From Chrysomallon squamiferum (lineage: Eukaryota; Animalia; Mollusca): a stretch of DNA of 64,000 nucleotides. The position numbers and the translations under genes were made by a program. The notes under the pieces are model-generated. The model was not told where the DNA came from, searched no databases, and saw nothing but the letters and a program-made list of their open reading frames with translations. Shown in pieces: positions 1-27,165 of the stretch. Location: positions 2,232,001-2,296,000 of the forward strand of contig CM022675.1 of assembly GCA_012295275.1 (NCBI GenBank), in the 5' to 3' direction. The stretch's first letter is position 1. The number at the start of each line of letters is the position of its first letter.

Positions 1-2158
1 GCAAACTGAAGTTAAAAAACTCTTTTGAATTTTATATAGCTTTTCAATAAAATTATTTTTGCTTTAGAACATTTGACTAAGCTTATAAGGCTTTCGTAAT
101 TATTACTGTGTTGAGTTTTATTCTTTATTTTATTTTCATTTTTTGAATTATTGTTAATTTGTTTGGTTTACGGTATTTTTAAATATATATACATTATTAC
201 TTCTATGACATTGGACACAACTTTGTAATGTTCTGATTGTCTTTGTTTCTTTGTTGTTGTTTTTCTTTTGTTTGTTTGTTTGTTTTTTGTTTGTTATTTT
301 TTTCTTCTTCCTTCCTCGTAAATTTCATATATAATATACATATATAATGTTTAGTACTGGGACATGTAACATTCCTGAATATGGAAACTAAATTAATGTG
401 TTAAAGCTTATCCGTAACATCAATTAATAAATCAGCTGTAAACTTCTGGTTGCAAATATTTAGGAATCAAGTACAACATTTAAATAAAAAACACTAAATG
501 ATGACAATAATGACAATAATAATAACAACAACAACAACGACAGCAATAATAACAACTGTAATTTTTATTATTATAAAAGAAAATGACGAAAAAGAAGAAG
601 AAGAAGAACATTTTTAAATAAAAATGTTTAAATTAAAAACATAAACACATTTTTTATTTGTTTTTTAAATATTCCTTTTCTCCGTAAATTTAATTTTTTC
701 TGTTATTTACGTTACTAGTATATTTACATAATAATACATTATCAGAACATAAAAGTAAAAGTTAGTTGTTGGTGTTTGCATTTTTATTGATATTACAACT
801 GCGTAGTAATTGAAAATATTAAACTGATTATATTATGCTCTTACAATGGTTTCGGCTGCCTTAAATAATTGTTTATGTATTTATTCGGAATCTTACTTTT
901 TGTCTTGGTTCGCTTTATTGGCATACATCATAGTTTTATTTATCATTAATTATTTGTTTATTTCTTTATTTATTTACTTATTTACTTTCTTACCTATTAC
1001 TCTTTTCATTGTTTATTTCTTTTATTTCTTAGTTATTTATTGTTGCTGTTTTCTTCTAAAATGTACTGAATGTATTATATTAAATTTAGTGGGGTTTTGG
1101 TTTTTTTTTTTTTTTTTTTATTATTATTATTTTTTATTTTACATTTGCTTTACGTTTGGTTATAACTGCAATATATTAATTAACCTCTTTTCTCTAGTTT
1201 CTTTTTTCTTCTTTATATCCGCAATAATTTGAATAAAGGTTGTAGCAAAATAATTTGATGAGTTTTGTTTTGTTTCTTGTAAAGAGTTTGACAGCTCATT
1301 TTAGATATCTTGCAGACTTAAAACGTATTCAGGACAAACAATATTGGTGTGTTTGGGACATGCAGTGGTGTTTGGGAGGTGTTTCGATGTGTGGGTTGGG
1401 GATATGTGGGGGTGTGTGGGTGTGAATAGGTGTGGGTGTGTTAGTGACATAATCTGATGAATTGCTTTTTACGTGAGGAAGCCCTGTAAGATGTATATCA
1501 GAATAAAAACATTCTCCTTGTTTTAATGTGAAGAAAATATATTTATGTTTTGTTTCATATACAATCCCTATGTTTACCCCTGGTAAAAATAATACTAATT
1601 CAATGTTTTTGAAAGAAAAAAAAGTAATGAAATACATTCTGTTTGGCGGTCTTCTGCATTTTCAAATTTAAATTTACCGCGATGTTGCTGAAAATGAAAC
1701 ACATTGTGAAGAGATTTGGCAAGCTTCCGGTTTACACGAGCAACATCAGTATTGAAAGTTATACTATTTTATTTATTAAAATTCGCAGGTGTCATTACAC
1801 AAACTTACGTCATAATTCATGGAAACATGTCAATGTTCGCTTCCATTTTGGTTAGGTGACGTGTAACAAATATTATCACTATGAAATAATGAAATAATTA
1901 CGTCTGCACTGTCTTGTTGCCATTAGTATCGTCGTTTTCGTGTTGTTGTTGTGTTGTTGTTATTATTCTAAACAATTTAGACTGAATGAATACATCTTAA
2001 GAATATAATGAGAAATGTAAAAATAAACAGAAATCAATAATTAAACAACCACTAAATAAACAAATAAAACACGAACAAGCAAGCAAATAATTATACAGTT
2101 GTTTTCTTGGCTACGAAATCAATACAATTAAGATGGCCATTACTGCGACATTATTATT

Positions 2159-2207
<49 letters not shown>

Positions 2208-2237
2208 TGTTTTCATACGTTGTCTTTATATTGAAAC

Positions 2238-2270
<33 letters not shown>

Positions 2271-3363
2271 TGTGTGTGTATATGTATAGATTAAGTGCAG
2301 TTATTAGAGAATCAGTGTACTATAGTACATAGTTACACCCACTTTTGTTAATGTCAAATAAAGTGTTGAAAATATATATATATATACTAAGTGCAGTTAA
2401 TTGAAAATCCATTTGCTGTGTATTATGTAGTAACTCCCAGTTTGTTAATGTTAGCTGAGGTGTGGATAGTAAATAAAAGTCATGTTTCTCTTTGAATCTC
2501 ACAAATTTCTATCATGAGCTTTTTCCCAACACTGCGATAAAAGCAATGCATACGTACATTGTATGTATAATTACATTTCCCTTCAGTTTTTGGGGTTAGG
2601 TGATTTAGATTTCTTTTCTCGTTTGTCTTCTAATTATCGAAAGGTACCAGTGATTTAATGTGTTTGCGCGCCTGTACCTCTCTGAGTCTGTGAGTGTGTG
2701 TGTATGTATGTGTGTGGTATGTGTGTGTTTGCGTGTGTGCGTGTGTTAAGAAATGTTAACTGAAAATCAGTTGAAAAAAAACAAAGTTACTAACATTGAC
2801 GAAACACGTAAAAACGTAATTTCCTCTCAGACAAGTCAAGTGTACAATGATATACTTTTACATTGTAATAAAATACTTAGAACACGTATTATGTCAAGTT
2901 AATTTAAACTTTTTTATTAATATCTGGGTACTGACCGAGTCGGTGCATGTCTGTATTTTGTCGTTAAAATATCATCTTTGATCTCAAATTATTCAAATAA
3001 ATACAGAAACAGAGAAAAAAAAAAAAAAAAAAGTAAAAGGAAACGGTGAAACAATGAAATTAGTAAATACACAAATGTAAGCAACAAAGTACAAATTAAA
3101 TACATATGTACATATATACACACACACAGTGACATCACTCTTAAATATAACACAAATTTTTCCACTTTTCATTTGAACACAATAAATATAGTTTTACCTA
3201 ATACTACACCAGCTTTGTATTTCATTTATTTTCTAAAGTGCTGAAGAATGTTTAAATTGCAACAGATTTTATCAAACCAATTTAAATTCCGTTTGTTTCC
3301 ATAAATTATAAAAAGGAAAAGTCTAATAAATAATACAAAATATTGATGATGATGATGATGATG

Positions 3364-3416
<53 letters not shown>

Positions 3417-3422
3417 TATTAT

Positions 3423-3454
<32 letters not shown>

Positions 3455-3555
3455 ATAAAATTATAAGAAGATCAAGAAGAAATAAAACAAAACCAAAATT
3501 TCATTGTATGCTTCTTCTTCATACGTTGGATACATAATTATTTAACACTAAACAT

Positions 3556-3831
<276 letters not shown>

Positions 3832-4008
3832 CTGTATTACATAGTAACACCCACCATTGTTAATGTTAAATAAAGTGTTGAAAGAAACTAAAATAATTCT
3901 TTAAATGTCTACAATTCGCTCTCATTGACTTATAAGCAACACAACGATAAAAGGAAATACGATGTATATAATCATCCTTCCTTTCTTTCAAGCTATTCAT
4001 TCTCTGCT

Positions 4009-4059
<51 letters not shown>

Positions 4060-4634
4060 AAGAACAGTTAATTGAAAATCAATGTACTGTATATTATATA
4101 GTAACTCCCAGTTTTGTTAGTGTTAGATCAGTTGTACTGAGTAACTTAAAGTCTACTTTGACTTTGGAGTCCAACATTTGTATGAGTAGCATTTTAGCAA
4201 CACTATGAAAAAAGCAATACATATATATTTATGTATGTGTAATTATGTTTCTTTTCTTTCAAGACATTTCAACGTCAGTGCACTGTATTTTCCACCGTCG
4301 CTCCCACAGTTGTTAAATGTTAACTGAAGCGTGGATTGTAAATGAAGTGTTCTTTCATTTCAAACGTGCAACATTTGTATTACATTGTAATTAGCAACAG
4401 TGCGATAAAAGCAGTGCACGTATGTGAATATATGCATGCTTGTATGTACCTGCGTGTTTTTATCTGTATGCATGTATGTATCTGTATATGTATTTGTATA
4501 TATCTATGGAAACCGAACTTACATGTAGTGGTCTGCCTTATTTACTTCTCACTAAACATGACACATAGACAATATTCGCGTACGCAATGAGTCTAAATAC
4601 AAAGTATAAATACGAACTCACCAACCCCTTCAGA

Positions 4635-4719
4635 TGCTGCTGACGAGATTCGAACTTATGACACCCATTCATCCAAATTCCGAAGGCTGAAGACGATACC
4701 ATTCGACAATCAAGACAAC
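4635..4719 (-). mobile_element. Second, more degraded copy of the tRNA-derived SINE-like head
   Basis: Reverse-complement match to 20384-20468 within the inverted duplication. Confidence 0.5.
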
Positions 4720-5255
4720 CTGTTTTAATTTTCTCACTGAACATTTAGTCATCGTTCTTCATAAATGCTAGGATGAAGATGTGATTCTTTCATAACCTAA
4801 TGAACAATATTTTCACGAAAGTTTTTAAATTCATTTCCTCCAGTATGTTTGAACGAGTAAGACTGATCATGACTAACATTAAGGAAACACCTCAAACACA
4901 ACTTCCTGTCAGACAACCAAACACTACAGTGAAGTATTCTATCTCACTTCACATTATAATAGCATATCACAATACGTATTATATCAGTTTAATTTAAACT
5001 TTGTCAGCATTCCATTTTCTTTTACAAAACCGGTCTATCATTAAAATATTTATTTTGTCTTGAAAATATTCAGTTAAAGATAAAAACAGCAAACGCACAA
5101 GCAAACAAAGACACAAAATTTAAATTTTAAATAAATATTAAATAAATAATATGTTTCGATAAAAAAATAATTCACTCACATACACAAACACAAACATACA
5201 AGCAGTCAATGAAACAAATTATACATTATAAGAAATAAATTAATAAATAAATAAG

Positions 5256-5298
<43 letters not shown>

Positions 5299-5478
5299 AA
5301 AAAAAACAAAAAACCGTAACAAACAAATACGTATAAACAAATAAAATAGATAAATAAAGGAAACATGCACACACATACATATGCGTATATAGATAAACAC
5401 ACCCAACTACATGTTAATAAAACTATATTCAGTTAGCAGACTCTCATGTAGCAGCAAATAAACAAACAAACAAACAAA

Positions 5479-5517
<39 letters not shown>

Positions 5518-5821
5518 ACTTATCAGTACCACTAATACAGAAATTACGTTAAAACTGGAAAATAAAAATATTAGAGCAAGTAAATGCGTAGCAAATAAAA
5601 AATAATAAAATATATATATCATTATGCAGAAAGGCATTAAGTAAATAAAAAAAAAAACAGAATAATAATTAAGTGTACATAAGACACGCACACACACACG
5701 GACTCACCGAGAGAGAGAATGAGATTGTGTTTGTATTATCTAATTTTGAACAAACAGACATACACACACACAATAAAGATATATACTACAAACTAAATAA
5801 TTAAAATAACTAAATAAATAA

Positions 5822-5864
<43 letters not shown>

Positions 5865-5897
5865 TTATGCATGAAGACACATACAATTAATGTATCT

Positions 5898-6062
5898 TGC
5901 AATACTTAAAAGTAGTTATTCATTGGACAGGATGGTTTCTTTGTCCTTACGATATAAATACAGCTAAACACATCGTGAGATGCAGTTTTATGTTTTATTC
6001 TAAACACATCGAACTGTGTAAGTGAGGACAAAGATTCTGTTCTCAGTGTCACAAAAAACAAG
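5898..6062 (+). promoter_or_regulatory. Putative core promoter and non-coding exon 1 of paralog A1
   Basis: ATTGG 5922-5926, TATAAATA 5953-5960, donor AACAAG|gtagg at 6062/6063; reverse-complement match to 39324-39475. Confidence 0.68.
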
Positions 6063-6249
6063 GTAGGGTCACGTTACTTTCCTTAAGTTAATATTTATGT
6101 ATTTTCTGTATAATATTATATTATATTATATTATATTATATTATAGTATATTATATTTATTTTAAGAGACACTTTTGTTTTTGGTTAGTCCTCAAATATA
6201 TGCAACAAAAAATAAAGTAGTAGTAGTAGTAATAATAATAATAATAATA

Positions 6250-6285
<36 letters not shown>

Positions 6286-6380
6286 TATAATAATAATAAT
6301 AATAAAATAAATTGAAACCGGCTTCGTTTAGCAAAGTTTTCTCATTATTTCCTCTTAATTAAGTTGACGTTCCTTCTTAT

Positions 6381-6451
<71 letters not shown>

Positions 6452-6471
6452 ATCTATATATATGTATGTAT

Positions 6472-6510
<39 letters not shown>

Positions 6511-6723
6511 CGTACGTACATATAAGTGTTCATTAAATAAATAGTCACACATTAATTGTTTGAATGTTACCTACCTACAAGTGACTCAGTCTTCAGTGGT
6601 GTTGTATAAGTTGTTTCTTTTTGTTAACCTCAAGAAAGACTTAAGTTATTATTGAAAAAAGTCATCATAGTTTGTTATAGCCGTAAATATAAATGTATTT
6701 ATTTCTTTCTTCTTCTTCTTCTT

Positions 6724-6792
<69 letters not shown>

Positions 6793-7131
6793 TTAACAAA
6801 CGTTTCAAATCTTTAGAATCTTTCTATCATAGTGAGCTCTATTTTGACTTTTACGTAAAAGCAAAGAATTTGTAACCTGCTGTCTCACAATCTCTCAAAT
6901 ACGGTGTCAGATCATACTATACATATTTTATTGTTTGACCAATTGTATATATGTGTGTATGTATTCATTTACTTAATTATTTATTTATTTGTTTCTTTTA
7001 ATTTATTTATATGATGATGATTATTATTACTATAATCATCATCATCATATTCATTATTGTTGTTATTTTTTGTCTTTCTATCTCTAGACACAAGACAGAT
7101 CAAGATCTCTTTTAAAGTTCCGCGGTAGACG

Positions 7132-7209
<78 letters not shown>

Positions 7210-7541
7210 CTTGATTTACTAATATTATCTTACCTGATTCCATAGGCATGTAATGACCGGGGAAAGTATTCGATAACGCTTACTGAACTTTTAGTTTACT
7301 ATACATTTGGCGAAATTACATATATTAATGTCAGAAAAATTGTTTTTCTATTTCCTCTGCTTTCAATTTGTTTTCTTTTAATTTTAATTTGTATCTATTA
7401 TTATTAATATTTTATTATTATTATCCAGACACATGTACAGACAGAGAGACGGTCACGGAGACAAAAACAAAACAAAAATAATAAAATAGAAACACACAAG
7501 AAATCAATTATTAAAAAAATAAAAAAAAAAAAAAAAAACGA

Positions 7542-7650
<109 letters not shown>

Positions 7651-7956
7651 TAACACCCTCCTTTATTAATGTTAATATCTTAAAAACAGCAGAGCGAAAA
7701 AAGCAATTTCTATGTTAAACGTCGATACATACATACATACATACATATATAAAAGTCATGTATCCCTTTGAATATCTAAAATTTCTATCATTAACTGTTT
7801 AGCAGCATTGCGACGAAAACAATGCACACGTACATTGTATGTATAATTACATTTCCATTCAGTTTTTGGGTTAAGTGGTTTAGATTTCTTTTCTCGTTTG
7901 CCTTCTCATTATCGAAAGGTAGCAGTGATTAAATGTGTTTGTGCGCCTCGTCCTCT

Positions 7957-8012
<56 letters not shown>

Positions 8013-8038
8013 CATATTGAGGAAACGTAATTTTCTCT

Positions 8039-8075
<37 letters not shown>

Positions 8076-8158
8076 CTATTTATAATAAGCCATTTATCAG
8101 ACTTCTTCATAATCTCCTATTTCATTACTTTGCTTCACTTTTTCAGCATAAACTAAAG

Positions 8159-8569
<411 letters not shown>

Positions 8570-8613
8570 GTGAGTTATTTACTACGATAATAATAACAAA
8601 TAATGATAACAAC

Positions 8614-8682
<69 letters not shown>

Positions 8683-9155
8683 TATAATAATAAAAACAAC
8701 AACAACAATAACACTAAAGCAAGTGTTCACTTCGTTTATGATAAAAAGTTAAATCTTTTTATCAAATTACTTTTTATGTTTACCAACGAATGTCAGTATT
8801 TTTAGTTCCTATTTCATTATATGAGTTTTAACTTGTATTCCAGTAGCTGAAATATAATTATATACATTTGTTTGTGTAACCATTAGTCTATATTTGTATT
8901 CAGGATTAATATAATAAGGATAAGCATTTCAATCACGTATTTCAGTTTAATTTTAGGGAAGATTGTTCTATTGTCCCAATGCTTGTTTTTGACAGTACAA
9001 ACATTTATTTGGCTAAAATTATTGGCATGATTGTTTGTTGTTGTTGTTTGTTTTGTTTTTGTTTGTTAGTGTTTGTTTTTTGGAGGGTTTTGTGGGGGTT
9101 GTTTAGTTCTTTTTTCTTTTTTTTTCTTTACCATCTGCAAGATAATAATAATAAC

Positions 9156-9208
<53 letters not shown>

Positions 9209-9212
9209 TAAC

Positions 9213-9277
<65 letters not shown>

Positions 9278-9345
9278 TCCATAAGTTATATATGAACATT
9301 CACTTAAATTCATCCAGTCGTTTGTCTTTATATCATTAATAAATA

Positions 9346-9410
<65 letters not shown>

Positions 9411-9540
9411 ATTTTCGGGATAATTGCCGATGAAACGTTTAACATGAAAACTGAATGGATTTAAACAAAAATAATAATTAAGAAATGAGAAGATTGATTT
9501 GGCATCTCTGTGACTAAGATAACAAACCTCTACAAATACA

Positions 9541-10415
9541 TGTAACACATCACTGCTCATTTAGACTGGTACTCTCACAAAAGTTACTCTATTCCTTCAC
9601 TTGTCATGCATCAACAAACATTAAAATAGGTATAATACATCACTGCTCATTTAGACTGGTACTCTCACAAAAGTTACTCTATTCCTTCACTTGTCACGCA
9701 TCAACAAATATTAAAACAGGTGTAATACATCACTGCACATCTAGACTGGTACTCTCACAAAAGTTACTCTGTTCCTTCACTTGTCACGCATCAACAAACA
9801 TTAAAACAGGTGTAATATATCACTGCACATCTAGACTGGCACTCTTAATAGTTACTCTATTCCTTCACTTGTCACGCATCAACAAACATGAAAACACGTG
9901 TAATACATCACTGCACATCTAGACTGGCACTCTTAATAGTTACTCTATTCCTTCACTTGTCACGCATCAACAAACATTAAAACACGTGTAATACATCACT
10001 GCACATCTAGACTGGTACTCTCACAAAAGTTACTCTATTCCTTCACTTGTCACGCATCAACAAACATTAAAACACGTGTAATACATCACTGCACATCTAG
10101 ACTGGTACTCTCACAAAAGTTACTCTATTCCTTCACTTGTCACACATCAACAAATATTAAAACAGGTGTAATACATCACTGCACATCGAGACTGGTACTG
10201 TCACAAAAGTTACTCTGTTCCTTCACTTGTCACGCATCAACAAACATTAAAACAGGTGTAATATATCACTGCACATCTAGACTGGCACTCTTAATAGTTA
10301 CTCTATTCCTTCACTTGTCACGCATCAACAAACATTAAAACAGGTGTAATGCCTCACTGCACGTCTAGACTGGTACTCTCACAACAGTTACTCTGTCCCT
10401 TCACTTGTCATGCAT
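9541..10415. repeat. 90/88-bp tandem minisatellite, ~10 copies
   Basis: Unit catcactgcacatctagactggtactctcacaaaagttactctattccttcacttgtcacgcatcaacaaacattaaaacaggtgtaata, starting near 9548, 9638, 9728, 9818, 9906, 9994, 10084, 10174, 10264, 10352. Confidence 0.95.
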
Positions 10416-10679
10416 GAATACACAGACGTTTAAGTGTTTCTGAGTCAATCTACTGTCGCAGAAACAGTATTTATTATGGTGTACTGATACTCATTTGTGT
10501 AGGCATTTAAACACAGAAACATACACATTCACAGTCTTAATCGAACTAACATAAACACATAAACCACACACGTACGTATCAACAAACAACTAAGCACTCG
10601 TACGCATAGCTGCATGCCTAGAGAAGCATCCATTATCGAAAAACACACACGCACGCATACACACAAATACACAAACATA

Positions 10680-10718
<39 letters not shown>

Positions 10719-10792
10719 CACACCCCCATATATACTCACACGCAGATTCGTACATACAAACATACATAAATACACACATTCATACATATGCC

Positions 10793-12292
10793 TCTAATGC
10801 TTATGTAATTTTAGTTTTATTATAAGTATAAAAGAATGTCTACTGTTTATGTAATATTTAGTTTTATTATAAGTATAAAAGAATGTCTACTGTTTATGTA
10901 ATATTTAGTTTTATTATAAGTACTAAAGTATGTGAGTACCTATAGTGTTTATTTAAGATTTAGTTATATTATAAGTATAAAAGTATAAACAGTTTTAGTT
11001 TTATTTTAAGTGTAAAAGTATGTCAGTATTTCTAATGGTTATTTATTATTTAGTTTTATTTTTGGTGTAAAAGTATGTCAATACTTCTAATGGTTATTTA
11101 TTATTTAGTTCTATTTTAAGTGTAAAAGTATGCCAATACTTCTAATGGTTATTTATTATTTAGTTTTATTTTTAGTGTAAAAGTATGTCAGTATTTCTAA
11201 TGGTTATGTAATTTTTAGTTTTATTTTAAGTGTAAAAGTATGTCAATACTTCTAATGGTTATGTAATATTTAGTTTTATTTTAAGTGCAAACGTATGTCA
11301 GTACTTCTAATGGTTATGTAATATTTAGTTTTATTTTAAGTGTAAAACTATGTCGATATTCCTAATGGTTATGTAATATTTAGTTTTATTTTTGGCGTAA
11401 AATATGTCAATATTTCTAATGGTTATGTAATTTTTAGTTTTATTTTAAGTGCAAAAGTATGTCAGTACTTCTAATGGTTATGTAATATTTAGTTTTATTT
11501 TAAGTCTAAAAGTATATCAATATTTCTAATGGTTATGTAATATTTAGTTTTATTTTAAGTGTAAAAGTATGTCAATACTTCTAATGGTTATGTAATATTT
11601 AGTTTTATTTTAAATGCAAACGTATGTCAGTACTTCTAATGGTTATGTAATATTTAGTTTTATTTTAAGTGTAAAACTATGTCAATATTCCTAATGGTTA
11701 TGTAATATTTAGTTTTATTTTTGGCGTAAAATATGTCAATATTTCTAATGGTTATGTAATTTTTAGTTTTATTTTAAGTGTAAAAGTATGTCAATACTTC
11801 TAATGGTTATGTAATATTTAGTTTTATTTTAAGTGCAAACGTATGTCAGTACTTCTAATGGTTATGTAATATTTAGTTTTATTTTAAGTGTAAAACTATG
11901 TCAATATTCCTAATGGTTATGTAATATTTAGTTTTATTTTTGGCGTAAAATATGTCAATATTTCTAATGGTTATGTAATTTTTAGTTTTATTTTAAGTGC
12001 AAAAGTATATCAGTACTTCTAATGGTTATGTAATATTTAGTTTTATTTTAAGTCTAAAAGTATATCAATATTTCTAATGGTTATGTAATATTTAGTTTTA
12101 TTTTTAGTGTAAAAGTATGTCAATATTTCTAATGGTTTGTAATATTTAGTTTTATCTTAAGTGTAAAATTATGTCAATACTTCTAATGGTTATGTAATAT
12201 TCAGTTTTATTTTAAGTCCTAAAGTATGTCAGTACTTCTAATGGTTATGTAATATTTAGTTTTATTTTAAGTGTAAAACTATGTCAGTACTA
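10793..12292. repeat. ~55-bp AT-rich minisatellite, ~27 copies
   Basis: Unit ctaatggttatgtaatatttagttttattttaagtgtaaaagtatgtcaatactt; shorter degenerate units at the left edge. Confidence 0.95.
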
Positions 12293-12599
12293 TGTCAGGA
12301 GTTATAAAACATATGATTTCGCTTTTTAAGCCATTCACATCGAAATGTACGCACGAAAAAACAAATGAGTTAATGGAAAATCAATGTACTGTATAGTACA
12401 CAGTAACTGTCAGTTTTGTTGATGTTAATACACTGTAGAAAATAAATATAGTGTGTATGTTTTTTCGTTGTTTTTTTTTTTTCTAATTTCATCGTTTTCT
12501 TCATTATTATTATGTTTTTACTTTGTGTAGACATTAGCAGCATGTCGAAGTCAAATTCGAGGCATTTCATATCCAAATTTATCATTCTTCTTTTTTCTT

Positions 12600-12630
<31 letters not shown>

Positions 12631-12650
12631 TTATTATTATTATTATTATT

Positions 12651-12722
<72 letters not shown>

Positions 12723-12825
12723 TATTTCATATTAAAACGAAACATTAATACTTATCATGAAAAGAAAATTAATACAAAAAGGTTACACGGACAGATATAT
12801 TGATTGGAAACTGAAAGCAGAGAAA

Positions 12826-13234
12826 AAAGTGCGTGAACACTAACAAAATATCATACAAGTAAATACATAGCAAATAGAAAAATAACTCATTAAAATATCA
12901 AATTATACGAAACGACAACGAGGTAGAGAAAAACACTTATGTAGCGAGAAATAGAATGAGACAAAGTGCGTTAACCCTAACAAAATATCATACAAGTAAA
13001 TACATAGCAAATACAAAAATACATAATTAAAATATCAAATTATACGAAACGACAACGAGGTAGAGAAAAACACTTATGTAGCGAGAAATAGAATGAGAAA
13101 AAGTGCGTTAACCCTAACAAAATATCATACAAGTAAATGCATAACAAATAGAAAAATAACTAATTAAAATATCAAATTAAACGAAACGACAATGAGGTAG
13201 AGAAACAAAGACATGTAGGGAGAAACAGAACGAG
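12826..13234. repeat. 137-bp tandem repeat, 3 copies
   Basis: aaagtgcgt...ctaacaaaatatcatacaagtaaat...gaaacgacaacgaggtagagaaa recurs near 12826, 12963, 13100. Confidence 0.9.
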
Positions 13235-19200
<5,966 letters not shown>

Positions 19201-19866
19201 GTAAGTAAATTACAAACACTACTGATTGTTCTCTGTATTACTTTTGTCACACCATCATCACTACGACAACTAACTTCACATCATCAGTATTCAAAAGTCA
19301 CTTATAATTATACTGAAAAGTGTCTCCGCAATTTCAAAAGAAAACATACAACACTGGAAGACTAGAGTGTGTGGTGTGATTGTTTCCTTGATCAGTCCTC
19401 ATTTTTCTCTCATTTCCCACTGCAGCCAGTATGTACTTAAATGTTTATCACACGTACATATGCAAATTCTTTATATCTAACTGAAAGAGAAGTTTTACTT
19501 TCATTATATGTTATAAATTAAACAGTCACATTGTGTAAAATCTCCGCACAATTCATAATGTTTATTCGTTCGATGGACTAGTCTGTCCCATATATCCAAA
19601 TATTATTAGTAATAGTGATAACAAAATCAAATGAGATCATTGTAAAGTGACTGTTTATAGTAAACACCTGTTGTTCTTGTTGGTGGTGGTGTTTGATATT
19701 TCCATTGAGCTTCAGGATGATTGAAGTAATTGTAATTCGTTTTCGGGATCATGCAGAGAGATGCCTATGAGATAAACAGTTATATAAATATTAAATATTC
19801 TTACAGAAAAACAAATAGTATGCATATTCAGTTGTCATTTCATTTTTAGCCAAAATATCAAATTAA

Positions 19867-20066
19867 NNNNNNNNNNNNNNNNNNNNNNNNNNNNNNNNNN
19901 NNNNNNNNNNNNNNNNNNNNNNNNNNNNNNNNNNNNNNNNNNNNNNNNNNNNNNNNNNNNNNNNNNNNNNNNNNNNNNNNNNNNNNNNNNNNNNNNNNNN
20001 NNNNNNNNNNNNNNNNNNNNNNNNNNNNNNNNNNNNNNNNNNNNNNNNNNNNNNNNNNNNNNNNNN
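19867..20066. other. Assembly gap (200 N)
   Basis: Exactly 200 N, typical of a fixed-size scaffolding gap. Confidence 0.99.
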
Positions 20067-25434
<5,368 letters not shown>

Positions 25435-25466
25435 TACTACAGTATGTGAAATGTTTGTCAGGTTAA

Positions 25467-25636
25467 CTAAATCTGATGTTTGTTGACATCTTCCTTCTTC
25501 TGACTGGACTTTTTCTTCCTCAGGAAGACGACCACCACAATTCCAATGACAAGTGAGAAGATGATCACCATGACAACACAGAGAACAATCAGAATCGTGT
25601 TGTTGACATCAACTTGAGCAGATCCATGTTTTCCAA
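25467..25636 (-). CDS. Gene B transmembrane and cytoplasmic tail exon
   Basis: ILIVLCVVMVIIFSLVIGIVVVVFL then RKKKSSQKKEDVNKHQI and TAG at 25467-25469. Confidence 0.92.
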
Positions 25637-26550
25637 CTAGAATGAAGTAAGATTTTAAATATCACATGCTTGTTTTGTTTCTTGTAACTAATATCTATTA
25701 AAGAAAATCTGCATTTAATGTTGATTTATTCTCAGAAAACTAATTTAAAAAATGAGTTAAGTTGAAGAAAACAAATTAATGCTACAGATCTGACATAAAC
25801 TCACTTGGTGTTCGGTCCTCCACGAACACGTCCAGAACAGAAAATGTTTTTCTGACAAGTTCATCAGACGTTTCAGCAGATCTTCGTTTTCTTCCAAACC
25901 CTTCCTTGCCAGTGCAGTCCACCTGACATTGAAAATTTCTGTGTGAAAGTTTTAACTCAAACTATAATGTAATTGTTCCATTTTTTATTCTATAGGAAAA
26001 GTTAACTGTGTCTCTTTGTTGAAAAATGAAATACAGAAAGTACGACTACTTGACAAAAAATAATATTATAAATAATAATAATATTAATAATAATACTAAT
26101 AAAAAATAACAATCAAATTTAAAAATATAAAAACAAACGAAAAATATAAAAATATAATAAAATATAATAAACAAAAAATAACAACAATAATAACAACAAA
26201 AAAACTATGAAAAAAATAACAGAAAACAGTAACAACAGAAATGATAAAACTTACAGGTTCACACTGAGATTTTTGCCCTGGTGGACAAACTTTGACAGAA
26301 CATTCTGTAGAGACTGCGTTGTTTTTGTTAAAGGTGAAAGCTTTCAACTTGAATGTGACGTTGTTTCCCGATCTTTCAGGCCCCTGTATCATCAGTTTAC
26401 CAATCTCAGACGATGGACAGCTGAATAAATAAAGAGTACAAGATAAAATAGCATTTCTCTTTAGTTTTCTCGATCTGAATAAACTCTAGGTGTTTTAAAA
26501 AGAGATTCGCTGTTTTAGTTCTGAGAAGTTATGAAGTTATATATTTAAAA

Positions 26551-26603
<53 letters not shown>

Positions 26604-27119
26604 CAATAATAATAACAACAACAATAACAACTACAACAAGAATAATGATGATGTAATGATGATAATGATAATGATAATGCTGAGTATTTCATGCTGCTTC
26701 TCGGAGGCGTATAAAAATCCATGTCAATGAATTCTGTGCTAAACAGGTATACATATATAACGTTGAAATGAAAATATTACCTGTCTTCAATGATTTTCAA
26801 AGTTTCACTCTCTTCTCCAGTTTTCTGATTATCAGCAGTACAAGACTCCACTATGAGAGTGCCTGATTCTGACTCTGTTTAAAAGTATTTTAATATTTGT
26901 GCTTACAACTATCAAGCTAAATTATATTCTTTGCAAGGAGTTCTAAGGGGTGGGAATTAAATGTTATCTTTTTCTAGTATTTTAAAAGATAAATATAAAA
27001 CTTTTTTTATTCGTATTTTTATTTATTTATTTATTTATTTATTTTATTATTAATTTTATTATTATTATTATTAATATTATTATTATTATTATTATTGATA
27101 TTATTATTATTATTATTGA

Positions 27120-27165
<46 letters not shown>

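Noticed and set aside
846-1232. 128-aa hydrophobic ORF with a counterpart at 24239-24577
   Set aside because: T-rich low-complexity flank; similarity comes from the segmental duplication and the frames diverge.
9541-10415. Regularly spaced repeats resembling a CRISPR array or a 30-aa coding repeat
   Set aside because: No unique spacers, no cas genes, eukaryotic context; 88-bp variants break the frame and no long ORF spans it.
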